64,000 nt of DNA from Lama guanicoe. Its lineage: Eukaryota. The DNA is taken from NCBI GenBank assembly GCA_013239625.1, contig MU053652.1, positions 3,709,902-3,773,901 of the forward strand, in the 5' to 3' direction. Positions 37,546-50,500 of the stretch are shown here, piece by piece. The notes under the pieces were generated by a model that saw only the letters and a program-made list of their open reading frames with translations, did not search any database and was not told where the DNA came from. The position numbers and the translations under genes were made by a program. Position 1 is the first letter of the stretch, and each line of letters begins with the position of its first letter.

Positions 37546-40500
37546 TTAAAAAAGAGAGAAAAGAAAAGTAGAACACCTCATAAAATCACATGAGGAAAAG
37601 TAAATACATTCATGTTCCACATGCTGGTGGAGAAGACAGACACGGGACTGGTCAGTTATAAACTTTGCGGAAAGGGCTGTGATGGAAACACAGGCAGGGC
37701 AGCATGGGGCCCTGATGTTCAAGGAAGGCTCCCTGGAGAAGGGAGACCTGAGCTGAGTCCTCAGAGCTGAGTGGTGGCTGGGAAGGGTGGGGGCAATATC
37801 CCAGGCAGAGGAAGAGGCCTAAGTAAATGCAGAGAAGCTGGAGCAGCCTGAGGGGAAGCACAGAGGGTGTTGTTCCGGGATCCTGAAGTGTGAGGGGGTG
37901 AAAGGCTCAGGGATGTAGATGCAGGTGGGGTCAGGGAGGCAGGCGGGGTTGCAGAACCAGGGTAGGAAGTGGGACTTGATTCTAAGACAGGGGAACCCTG
38001 AATGCCCTAAGTGGGGGAGGATATGGCGAGCCCGGGTTCTAAGTAATTGTGTGCAGAACGAGTGGGTGCCATTTGCAGGCAGGGCCTAGTCAGGGGCCGT
38101 CGCGTGTCCAGGATGGTGTTGGCTTGGACCAGGGTAGAGGCCAGGCAAATGTATCTCATAAAAAGGGCTTTCTGAGATGGAACTGGAAACACCTGGTGCC
38201 GCGGGAAGAGGAGGGGGAGACAACAAAGAAGGCTCTGGAGGATCACAGCTGTAGGAAGGCAGGGGTCGGGGAGCAGATTTGGACCCGGTGAGACCCTCTG
38301 GGGTGTGGAGAAGCTCAGGGTAGGCCGGGGCTCCGCTTCGCTGCCCAGGTGGAGGGCTGCGGGGCCAGCTGCAGTTGGCATCCCACAGGGAAGGAAGATA
38401 GGCCTCCCACAGAGAATGAAGATACCCAGGTCTGCTGAATTATTCAGGGGCTGCCTCTCAGCCGTGACTGCACTACAGGGCCATGGTGGGTGCTTGAAAC
38501 TCAGGCTACTCTGCTGGTGCCTGGGAAGGAGGGGACAGGATTGCCCGGAGCCGGAGCCTCCAGGGAGAGAACCCACCCCTCGCTTGCTGCCTGGCCTCTG
38601 AGCCTGCTGGGCTGGGGCACGCTCTCCCTGACCTCCTCCCTCCTGCCCAGGGGCCTGGAGCCGTGGATGGGCCAACGAGAACCAAGCTCCAAGGGCAGGT
38701 TGTCTCAGCTCCCACCACCCATCTGCTTATCACTCTGGAACCCAGTTCTATCACCTGGGGCGCCAGGCAAGGTAGCAGCTGGGGCGAGGCCAGCCAGGTG
38801 AGACAGCCTCTGGTCCTGACTCCTGGGGCCTGATGTTGGGCAGTCAGTTGAAACTCTGGGCTCTTGTGAAAGCTTCAGCCCGAGAAGACACCTCTGGTCA
38901 TCCTGCCCCCAAGACCCGTGACTCTGTCCCGTGGCCTACACACGATGTGGACCCAGATGTCAGCCTCCCCAGCTGAAAGTCTCTCTGTTCAGAGCCGTCC
39001 CAAGGTACACTCAGGGCCGCGGGCGGGTGGGCAGGAAGTGGGCTGACTGTCCTTCTCGAGGGTCATGATTTCCCTGAGGTCATACAGCTGGTCACCCAAG
39101 GAGCCTGGGCTGGCCCCACCCTTCCCCTTCCCTCTTGTCTGCACTTTCTCAGTGTCTTTGGGCTGCCCCCAGCCCCTACTCGCTCCACCTAGAATATGTC
39201 CCCTCCCCACAAAGTGTCCCTTTCTGCCCAGGCCTACCCATCCCCTCATGGATGGCCTAATTCTTGGAGGTGGTATTTTTCACCAGTGTGATATGTGTGC
39301 AGGTAACAATGCCTTATCTCTCGCGGGGAGAATACAGGGCTCCTAGGAGAGGCATTTTGGGGTGGCCAGGACCTTCCCACCCAAGGACAGCTGCTTGAGA
39401 TGGGTCCCAGGCCCCAGGACAGGGCCGGAGCCTCTCAGGGACATCCCAGAGCAGCTGAGGGAGTGAAAGAACCACCCGGTGGTGCAGGGGGAGAGGCAGG
39501 GCCAGAACCTCAGCCCCTGGAAACGGAAGAGGAGCTTCCTGCAGTCCCAGAGTGGGACGAGTTTCCCAAGGCCTCCTTCCTCCCTTTGCTTGGGCTGAGG
39601 ATGGCGGGGGTGTGAGCAGTGCCTCCTGCACCCCGCCTGCCCCCTGAGCTGCCCCCACCCCCACCACTCTCCTTGAATCTTACCAACTTCCAGGCCTAGT
39701 TGGTCTAGGATGCCCCTCAGGAGGCCCTGCAGCTGGGGCACTATCATTTTTTGGCACACATAGTTAGCCCGCCGTGGTCTGACTGTGTCCCTGCTATGCC
39801 CCACCCTCACCCCACTTGGAGACCCTCATTAGGGCAGGGACCAAGTCCCAGGGCCCCGGGACATCAGCCTCAGAACAGACATGAACACTGCTGGTGAGAA
39901 AACTGAGGCCCAGCGCAGGAAGGCCTTGCCCGCCGGCCAAGGTTCCATAAGAGGCCTCCCAGGTCACCTCCTAACACCTCCATCTTGGGGAAACCTTGGA
40001 AAAAGTGACAATGTGAATAAGGAATACTCAGGATGTCAAAAGAGAAATAAATTATTTGCTTTTAATTTTGATGTGCAGACTGAGGCCCAGGGAAAGAGGA
40101 GGTATCCAGTGGCCCCACCATAGGGTGGAGTCTGGAAAGCAGTGGGCACCTGGGCTCAGGTTACTGCCCCTCTCTGGAAACAGGGCACAGGGCCAGCAGG
40201 GTCGGTGGCCATTATTAATGCATGTGCTGGCGGTGGCCAAGCGGCCGTCTCAGCCTCCGCAGCTGGGCCCAGTGAGTGAGGGTTCTGGAGCCCATGTTCA
40301 CCCCAGCCCTGGCCCCAGAAACAGTCCTGGGGAAATGCCAGACCCATCTGCAGAGACAACCAGCCCCTACGTTCTGAGAGCTCAGACCAGCAAAAAGGAG
40401 GGGTCAGGCGGAATCCCTGTCCAGTGCTGTCATGTGACGTGACCACCTGCCCCCACAGCCTCCCCAGGCACATCTGTGTTCAGCTGTCTTTCCTACTTTG

Positions 40501-41291
40501 ATACCACCGCAGATCTGAATTTCAGTTTTGCAAGGGAAATGATTTGCATTCCTGCCAGGGCTTCTATCCTGGACAATCCTGGCTCTTCCTAAGGTGCCCA
40601 GGACCCGACAGTCCACTCTGTTCCATACAGCCCTGCAATAGGCAGCTTGCTCCCCCTTGAGCCAGGGTCACGATGCTCCCAGGATCCTTGCGCACATGGC
40701 TTTCCTGGGCTGGGCCTCACTGACCAGTATGTCTGTCTGTCTGTTTATATCCTGCCTTGTTGCAGAAAGGATTTTAGGCATTGATGCTTTATACCTAGTA
40801 ATGCACTCGGGCCTGTGAGATTCGGAGGGCGTGTTCCTGCCCTGTGGGATGTGATGCAGTTGCAGGTACTTTGGCACAGAGTTTGAGCGGCTTGCTCAAG
40901 GCCAGACAAAACTCATCCAAGGTCACACACCAGCCTCCTTATCACCAGTCCAGGCTTCTTTCCACTGGACTCTGTACCTCCCCATGAATAATTTGCACGG
41001 CTGGCAGGGCAGTCATCGAACATATCCCTCTTCTCACTTTTCTGGAACATCAACACCAGTCTCTCTGCTCTCCCTCTGGCAGCTCCCTGCCCACGCCTGT
41101 GAGCTGGAGGACCTGTGTGTTCAAAGTTCTTAGCCAATTCCTTCCCCTCCTGGAAGAAGACAGCCAAATAATGTCTCCCTCCTCCTAGGGCAGGCATCTC
41201 ATCTCCTGAAGCTGCCTTGCGTCATCATGATTAGAGTCTCATTCATAAAATCATTCATCCAGGTCTGGCCCACATGCAAACGTGAGACATT

Positions 41292-41317
41292 CACACACAC
41301 ACACACACACACACACA
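41292..41317. repeat. (CA)n microsatellite
   Basis: Direct reading of the sequence. Confidence 0.95.
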
Positions 41318-41939
41318 TTCATTTTGCAAAAGCACCTACCATAAAACATCTTTAATTCATAATTTGACATTTGTGATAACACAAGAAAGAGGAAATATAC
41401 CTTTGCACCCTATCTGCAAAAAAAAGTGCTGACTAAATAGCATGACTGAGATAAAAGCCTTATTTAATATCCTATGAGAATCGTGCACACAGGGTTCTCC
41501 GAGGCTGCCTCTGGAGTTTGTGGCAGAGCGACCAGCTGACGGGAGGTTGTCTCCTCAGCTGAACCCTGGGTTCTGAGACTCCTCTTTTGGAACAAATCCC
41601 AGGGCCATTTGGGTACAGCCAGAGGACTTGTGACCTTCCTCTGTATATGCTAAAGGAATTCATGCTTCCTGAAACAGAGGCTCTGGTCGGATCCCTGGTC
41701 ATCTTCCAACCTGGAGAGCCCCAACAGGGCAGTCTGTCTCCATATCTCCTCAAATGCTCTTGGTCTCCCTGACATCTGGTCTGTGGTTCAGTGTCTGGTC
41801 AGGCTGGTGAGGGGGATTTCTCTGAAGTCCAGGGCATGTTCCAACAGGAGCACCTGGTGGAAGGCACAGAACAGGGCTGTGGGTACAGAACCTCTAAAAT
41901 ACCAGACTTGATCGTTTCCAGATGCTTTAGAAATTTAGC

Positions 41940-43870
41940 TGACAACTATTTATAATAGCAAAACATTAGAAACTATTCAAATGACCACCACAAGGGAGCA
42001 ATTGAATCAAGTCTGTGAATGTATTACCTCTTCAAAAATGAAAACTGATTAAAACACCATTTAAAAATAAAGTGTAGAAAGAAAGAAATTCCTAAAAACC
42101 AAAACTGGAATAAAACAAAGGAACCCTTCTATCTAGTTAAAGGGCATATCCACAAAGAGAGACTATAGCAAGTAACTTTAAACGCCGTATGTAAGCGGAC
42201 TCATATCTTCCTCGTGGAACATCCTCAACGGACAAAAGAACTGAAAACACTTAAATTTAGCAATCGTGTTGGTGGTGGTGGGTTTGGCTTTGTTACCCTG
42301 AGCCTGTTTTGTGTGTATTCTGCACAGTTATGTTGGTGTCATTGAGAACCGACATGGTTTTGGCATGGTTGAAAGGAAACACAGAAGATCAATAAAGTGA
42401 ATTAAAAACACTTTGGTCTTAAATTTGAATAGAAATTTTCTTTTTTAAAAGAATTTTTTAATTTTTTTTTAAACAAACAGTATTTTCTAGCTCTGCTGAC
42501 TGAAAAGGACTAGAAACAATGACCAAATCAGTAGCAACAAGCACCCCTGACATCCAGATTCTAGACTCAGAATATTATCTCCCAGTGAAAGAGAAACAGG
42601 TGTCCTTGGAGGAATTCTTGATTCCAGATTTGGGGCAGAAAATGTCCAAGATGAATCTAGAACTTAACCAGAAAGCCAAACTGCTCTGGAGGAACAAGAC
42701 TGAGTCAAAAGGCCTCAGGAGCCAGCCTGATAGCTGCGGTGAGTGAAATCTCATCAGGGCCATCCCATCCTTCCCCCAACAAAAAAAGCCTCGCTGATCA
42801 TCTAGGGAGGATGTTAGGGGACCACTTCACTCTGAAAACTGGCAAATGAAGAGAAAGAATCAAGCATGCATCCTGCCTTTCCCATGTGAACTGTACCAAG
42901 CAGCTAATTAAATATTAGGGGAGGGGAGACCCTTCTTTACGGAAGTAGCGCTGTGAATAAAGGGAGAAGGAGTGATACAATCAGCCAATCACCGTTTTGA
43001 AACCCTTAATGAAGCAGCAGATCCAGGACAGCAGTTCTCAAGGTGTGACCCTCAACACAGGGGCCACAAGGTTCTAGAATTGCCTTCATTTATTTTAACA
43101 CAAACACCATCTCACAACAGACTGATTAATGCAGAAGCTGATAGGAGAGTCCAGATATTAAAGAGATTTTCAAAAATGTAAGACAATGCCATTATTATTA
43201 TTAAGTACATTTTTTTTGAAAATGGTTATTTTCATAAAATGTTATTTTTGTTAACATATAATAGACTTAGTATTGTTATTTTAAAAGAATCAATGGTTTT
43301 TAAATTTCTAAGTTTTAATTTCTAATAAGGTAAATACAAATAGATAGAACTCATATAAATAAAAACTCCTGGGGCCCTAAAAAATTTTTAATAGAAGGAT
43401 TCTAAGACCAAAGATTTTGAGAGCCACTGATCTAGCAAACGTCATCAATGGTTGGTAACATCTGATGAAAGTCTTTGATACCACCTAGAAAGTATCTTGC
43501 TTAAATAGATAAAACCTGGATATGATCAAAATACCAATTTATAGGAAATAAACAACAAAAGAGAACAAAAGAACATGTTAAATGACACCATGGGGTTGCA
43601 ATTGACAAATCTTGACTGTGAGAAACTCTACAAGATAAGTGACCAGATTTCTTCAACTAGAAACTGGAAAGCATCTACAGAAAAAAGAAATGGAGGGCAA
43701 GAGGGTAGAGCTCCTATGTTAAGTGTTCTTATCACAACAAAAGAATAAGATATAAAATAAAATATTTTTTAAAAAGGAAATGGAGGAGCACTTGTCTTGG
43801 AATTGATTTAAAGAGACTTAAGAGACATGTCAATCAATAGCTATGAATGGATCACACCTGGATCCCAACA
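41940..43870 (+). mobile_element. Old L1 (L1MC/MD-type) 3' region with nested insertions
   Basis: tagaaacaatgaccaaatcagtagcaacaagcacccc and gacttaagagacatgtcaatcaa; includes a short L1 tail insertion near 43696-43780 flanked by AAATGGAG repeats. Confidence 0.6.
43029..43429. mobile_element. Charlie1-like hAT DNA transposon remnant
   Basis: Inverted ends cagcagttctcaa and ttgagagccactg; flanks ATCCAGGA and ATCTAGCA. Confidence 0.65.
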
Positions 43871-43876
43871 GAGGGG

Positions 43877-44200
43877 TGTTATGGACTGAATGTTTGTGTC
43901 CCCCCAAATTCACATGCTGAAGCCCTAATCCCCAAAGTGATGTATTTGGAGGTGGGCCTTTGGGAGGTGATTAGGTGTAGATGAGGGAATGAGGATGGGT
44001 TGTGTCCTGAAAAGAAGAGGGGGAGCCCAGAGTTCTCTCTCCCTGCCGTGTGAGCACAGAGAGAAAGACACCGTCTGCAAAGAGAGCCCTCACTTGACAC
44101 CAAATCTGCCAGCACCTTGATCGTGGGCTCCCAGCCTCCAGAACTGCTGTTTAAGCCACCCAGTTTATAGTACTTTGTTAAAGTGGCCTGAGCTGAGACA
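43877..44200 (+). mobile_element. MLT1A-type solo LTR (ERVL-MaLR)
   Basis: TG...CA ends, tgttatggactgaatgtttgtgtccccccaaattca start, perfect 5-bp TSD AGGGG at 43872-43876 and 44201-44205. Confidence 0.9.
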
Positions 44201-45520
44201 AGGGGCCTTAAGACTGGGGAAAGCAGGAAAAGCTTGCTAGCTGAGACAGTGCTAGCTCTGAGCTTTGAAAGATCAGGAGGAATTATCCAGGCAAAGAATT
44301 GGGAGCAGGTGTTCCAGAAGAAGTACCAACCAGCCTCATTCAGGGAACTGCAGCAGGTGAAGCCGAAGGTCAGGAAGCATTAGGGAGTGGGAGGTGAGAG
44401 GGCGGGGTAGGCAGGGCCAGGTCGTGCCGTGTGTGTGCCCCAGCCATGGGGAGACGTGCTCAGCTCTGCTTCAGGAAGCTCGCTCTGACGGCAGTGTGGA
44501 AAGTGGATCAGAGGGCCTGGGTGGACCCTGCCATGCCCACCATGCTCCATCCCCCTGACTCCTGGCCACACAGGGGACAGTGACAGCCAGGTCCACCGGT
44601 GGTAACAGTGGACTGTGCCTATGGGACATCTGGCCATTGTTATAGAACCTTCGAAGGGTGTGGCAGGAAGCAGTGGTGGCATGCTAGAGAATCCTAACCT
44701 TCAAGGTGGGTGACACAGTGTGGTTATGGCAGTTTGGAGAACAATATAAAACAATTATGCTGAGGTTTCAAGGTGACATACTAGAGGGATAGAGGCTTGA
44801 TAAGCCCCCACGTGGCATTTCCTATAGAACCTCATTTGGGACAGGCTGTCCCATAGCCACCAACTGGAACATGTCCCCCAGGAGCCAAGGAAGGAGCCTG
44901 GAGGAGGCCCATCTCACCAGCAGATATCCTGGAGTCTTTTGCTGAACATATATCCTTCGCGCTGGACACAGTAAGTTGCATGAGAAAGAAGTGTCTGAGT
45001 GTCATCTTCACCGATCCTTAGTATTGCGGGGCTAATTCCAAGTGGTAGAGTATAAACAGAGAGGTCAGCTAGGCGGTCACTCCCGAAGAGAACTGCGGGT
45101 GACCCACACGAGGGTGCAGTCCTGGAGGTGGGAGGACGTGGAAGGACTGGGAGCTCTTCGGGCTGCCTGCATGTGGGGCAAGGAGGGCCTCTGGGTTAGA
45201 GGGAGCTGCGCCATTCATGGGAAGTGAAGCCTGGGAGAAAGAGCAGGTTATGGGTTTCTTGTTTGTTTTTAAGATGGGTTTATTTGGGATCAGCAGGGAA
45301 TTGCAATTTGGGGTCTGCAAACAGCGTGAGCCATGTGCAAGTCCCCAAGTTAAGGGTTTTTGAGGTTCCTGTGGGAACGGCAGGTGTCCACGAGACCACT
45401 GGGAGTAGAGGTCTGAACCTCAGGATGGAGATCTGCCGAGAGAAACAGACTTGGCTGCCGACAGCCTGCAGTGGGCGGTGGTGGAGGATGGGGCTCTAGG
45501 AGACCTTTTAGAACACCAGC

Positions 45521-45979
45521 TGTATTCGTGTCATGAGGCTGCTGTGAAAATGACCACAACTGGATAGCTAAAAACAACAGAAACATACTCTCGGTTCCGG
45601 GGCCAGAAGGCCGAAATCAAGTCGGCAGGACCCTCCCTCCTGAGACTGGGAGAAAATCAGCCCCAAGCCTCTCTCCCAGTTTGGGGTGGCGGCCAGCAGC
45701 CCGCGGCCTTCCTAGTACACACGGCACCCCAACCTCTGCCTCTGTCATCTCACTGCCGCCTCCTCTGCTGTGTCTGTCTCCTCTGTGTGTCTCTTGTAAG
45801 GACACTTGTCACTGGATTTAGGGCCCCCAGGATAATCCAGGATGATCTCCTGGTCTCAAAATCCTTAACTTGATTACATCTGCAAAGACCCTTTTTCCAA
45901 ATAAGGTAACATTCACAGGTTCTAGGGATTAGGGTGTGGATGGACATCTTTCTGAGGGGCCACCAGTCACCCCACCACA
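45521..45979 (-). mobile_element. MLT1C-type solo LTR
   Basis: aaatccttaacttgattacatctgcaaagaccctttttccaaataaggtaacattcacagg; near-TSD CCAGC and CCATC. Confidence 0.85.
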
Positions 45980-47438
45980 CCATCCTTTAAAAAGAAGAAA
46001 CAGGCAACAGCCCTGAGAGCGGGAGCCTCCCTGTGGGGCTGGACCCCAAATGCCGCAGGACCGCAGAGGGACCCACTCGGGGACGAGGGAAGGTGGGAGC
46101 GGATATTTCTACTTTGTTTGCTTTGATGCTACTTCTATTCTTCAGGGTTATTTCCCCTAGAGTTTAACAAGTCCCTTTTGAAAGTTCTAGTCAGTGTTTG
46201 CTGTGTTGCAGGGACCCTGGTTCTTGGCCCAAAGTGACAGAGGGGGCTCAGCTCATCAGGGCCAAGGCGGTGTCAGCAGCATCAAAGTGAGAGACCAACT
46301 GCGGGGACAGGAAATGAGGGCACAGTACACTCCTTGAGGCAGACGGTCCTGCCCTCCCGTGTCAGCGTTGGAAGGTGGTGTCGTTTACACAAAGCTTCCA
46401 GCCTGGGAACAGGACGGCCTGTGGACACTGATGGTGCTGATACAGAAATAAAGAAGGCAGACAAGAGGCAGAGGTGGGTGGGGTGGGGAGGGGAAGAGGA
46501 GGGGCCAGATGGAACAAACCCTGTAAGTTCTGGGTGCCCCCTCGCCCAGGGAAAAGCTCTTGTAGACTGTGAATCCCAAGAAGGCTGGGAGCAGCCCCTT
46601 CCTCACCCTCAGCATTCCTGGAGGCTCAGCCGCACAGGGTGCTGGCAAATGTGCACCTGTGCCCCATGTGAGCCGTCCAGGGTGGTGGTGAGGGAGGGAA
46701 GGTGCCCAGGGCCAGGCCTGCCATGGTTCTCTCTTAGCTGGAGGCTGGAGGTGGGGAAGGAGCTGACACTTGAGAGCCTGGACAGAGCCAGGCAGCCCAC
46801 CTTCCAGGTCAGACCCCAGAATCTCAGACCTCTAATGAAAAATGCACTAATAGTGCCTATCTTGAGGGCGACTGTTTGGGGAGTAAAATGGGTTATTGCT
46901 TGACGTTTTAAACACACACATACTGAGTGGTCACTAATGGTCGTAACTAAATGTTACAGCTGTAAACACCTAGGGGGAGGAAGTAGACTGGCGAGGCCAG
47001 CAGGGAAATTCCAGCACCTCTACAGGGACAGGGGTGACAGGAACAAGGATTTGGGGGATGACGCTGAGAGGCACTGCGGTGATAATCCATCTCTCTGAAG
47101 TTCCCCCTCACCTAGGAAAAAGTGGGATTTCATGTCCTGAAAGCAGAGAAGCCCCTTGAAGGAGGAATACCTTAGTGAATCTCACAATTCAGGTGACAGG
47201 GGGCATCATGCAGATTAGTAGGTACCCAGGGGAAAGCTCCCTTATTCCATTCTGATTCCCCAGGCCCAACAGTGCTTTCCAGAAGAACTTAGGGAGAAGA
47301 TACTTCGGCCTTCCTTGTGTTCCAGTTGCCTGTCATCAGGAAGTTCTGCTTGGTATCTCTCCTAATGCCTTCATGCTGCAGATCTGGCAGGTGCCCTGTG
47401 TTAGGCTGGGAGACATAGGCAGAGGGTCTTTTGGGAAA

Positions 47439-47502
47439 ACACACACACACACACACACGCACGCACGCACGCACGCGCGCGCACACTCGCACACACACGC
47501 GC
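47439..47502. repeat. Compound (CA)n/(CGCA)n/(CG)n microsatellite
   Basis: Direct reading of the sequence. Confidence 0.95.
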
Positions 47503-50500
47503 CAGGATCGGAGGACCCTGCCCAGCTCCATGGTGGCAACTAAACACTCTTGGCTTTGCGGGGGGCAGGCAGAGGGGTGGGGACCTGCAGGAGACAGGGC
47601 TGGTCTTAGACCTCCATCCTCAGTCTCTGTCAACTTCAGAAGCAATTTCCTTTATTGCCGGCACCATTGGCTGGAACTCTGCTTCCAAATTAATGTTGGA
47701 AGCAGGTGGGCACAGTTAATACCTGCAGACGGTTTTATATTCTCTCAGCGGTAAACAAAGATAACCTGAACTCTAAACAGCCAGGTCCAAGCTGCCCACG
47801 TGGTCCTCCCCACCCACTTTTCTAGGTGGGGGGACCTCAGGCTGCTTACCACTCCAACTCCCCTCTCCCAGACCCCATGGCCCTGCGGCCAGGACACCGC
47901 CATAACTCAGCAGGCCCTTCCAGGGGCTGACAGCGCAGAGCCCCTCAAGGACACCCTGTGGCATCCGAGGCTGACCACACGCGGGTCCCAGAGAGGCCCC
48001 ACTGACGCCTGGAGGTAAGAATACCAGTTACCCGCTTTTGAACACTAACTATGCATGTGCTGAATGCCTCATGTACCTGGGCCCACTTCACTCTCCCAAA
48101 AACAGCCCTGTGAGGTGGGCACCATGATCCCCATTTACTTCAGGTGAGGAAACTGAAACTCAGAGGTGGTGCCAGTTCACAGGCACTGAGTGGTCCCTGC
48201 GCTTCCTCCCCTTTGCCTCATTTGACGGCGCACAGACCCTGGAGGTGGGTACCCTTGTTGTCCCCCATGTGTAGTTCAGGAAATGGGGTACTTTGCCTGA
48301 GGTCAGTCAACCAGGACATGGGCTCATTTGAACTCTGGTGGCCTGAATCCTGAGCCTTCCCTGGCCCTGGTCACCATGGTGCCATGAGGCCCTTAGACTC
48401 ACAGCCAGTCGCTGAAGGAGCCAGATTTCAACCCAGTATGTCTGGCTTGGGACACTTGGACAGGGAACTTCTGACTCCTTTCTCAGTTCTGGCCGCCTTC
48501 TTTCCATAAAACCCTGGGGGCTCCCTCTGGCTATGCCCACAGCCAGCATTCTTGGGGACCGTCCTTACCAGCTCCCCTCCTCCTGCTGACTTGGTTCCAG
48601 GTCACCCCCCACCTTCTGCCACTGCCGTCCCCTTTACGGCAGGGTCCCCCACTGCAGGCAGAATCACATGGAAAGTCCCCAGCCTCCAAGACCTACCACA
48701 GCTTTCTTTCCCAGGCTTCTTGTCCCGACAAGCAAGGCTCCCACCAAACCAGGCCTCAGGCCCAGACCCCAGGAAGGAGGGGCCACCCCCAGCCTCAGGT
48801 CTGGTCCAGGTGCTGCAGGAAGGAGAAAGCACTTCTGGCTAGGGAACAGGGGAGGCTTCCAGGAGGGAGCAGCTCTTAAGGTAGGTCCTGAAGGAGAGGC
48901 GGGCTGGGAGTAGGGCGGCAGCATTGAGGCAGAATCGGCAGCGTAGGGAAGCTGAGGCAGGATGGCTGGGCCTGCGGCCTCTGGCCAGGAAACGGGGTCA
49001 TTCAGAGCAGCCCCTCAGAACACGGGAGCAGGTGCTGCCCTCCCTAAAACCTTCAGGAGGGGCCTGGAAGGGCACGTGGGCAGTGGGGTGAACTGAGGGC
49101 TGCGGTGCTGACAACTTTCCCTCAGGTGGAGGTTTCAAAGTGCCTGCGGGTGGCTGAGGGCCGGAGTCCAGTTCTATCACCAGGTGTTACTAACCTGCTG
49201 TTGCCTTGACCATGTCACTCCTCTCACTTAGTCTCAGGGTTCTCATCTGTAAAATCGGGGAATGGGTTGGGGCAAATTAAGCCAGCAGTCATTTTTCCAG
49301 ATTTGTTGTTGTTGTTTAGCATTAGAGCCTGGAAGCTCTTCTTAAAGGAGGTCCTTTTGGGAGTCTTAAGAACAATGGATAAAAATGGAGCTGTGTGAAC
49401 TGATGCGGGAGGGAGGGGCCCAGGGGCTGATCAGCTTCCCCTCTTGTGTCTGCTCTGTGAGGATGTTTGACAACCTCTCAGTTTGGTATCTGTCATGACA
49501 GGGATTCCGCGGTTCTGACACCCCCTCACCCATGCCGTGATGGTCCCCTGACTGCCACTGCCCATCCCCAGCTCAAGGCTGGGGCCCCGCCTTCACGCTA
49601 GTCCCTCCGGGGCTGTCGCTGGCCTTAGAAGGGGCCTTAAGTCCCAGCCAGGGAAAAGAAGGAGGAACTCAAGTCTCCCGGGAATCAGTACTGAATTATC
49701 CGCATTTCTGTGCGCCTAAGTCCTGGCGTGGGGGAGGGGACAGCCTCCAGGGACCAAGAACGTGCGCGTGCGCAGTACCACAGGGCCTTGGGAACCAGGT
49801 CCAGCAGTCGGGTCGCCCATCCAGAGCACCTACTGCATACACGACCTGCTTGTGGGCATTTATGACAGCAAGTGTGTCTGTACCAGTGTGTGGCTTCTGC
49901 GACATGAACCAATAATGTTTTAAATGTGCACAACCTTTGACCTAGAGATACTATTTATCAAAGTATACACCTTTCTAAGAAAAAACATAAATTTGGGTAA
50001 TAACAGAAAATTGGAAACTGCTTAAATGTCCTTAAGATAAGCTTGATAAATTAAGGGGTAACCATAGGATGAAATAACGCAGCAACCGTCAGAGAATCCA
50101 ATCTTTCCAAGAGGCACAGGTGAGAAAACATACAAAACAGTGTATGCAAAACCATCTCTCTCTCTCTCTCTCTCTTTTTTTTTTTTTTGGTTAAAACAAA
50201 ATGCATGTCAGAAAAAGGAGGTGATGATGACTTTCTGGGGTTTGTCTGTGTGGTCTTCTCTGTCTGCAGTCTAGGGGTCACTTCTATGATGATGGGGCAG
50301 CAACCAGTTTTAAAAGAAAATTAGAGGAAAAGGGAAAACAAAAATCCAAAGCACCCACACAAATTCTGCTGAGTGGCCCACCCATGGCACACAGGGATGT
50401 GAGGGCCTGGCACCTCACGGCTGCCCTCTCCTCCCCTTTTTCCTTGGCTTCTCTATCACTCAGGTAATGTGACCCCCCTGGAGAGTCTCCATCCCCTGGG

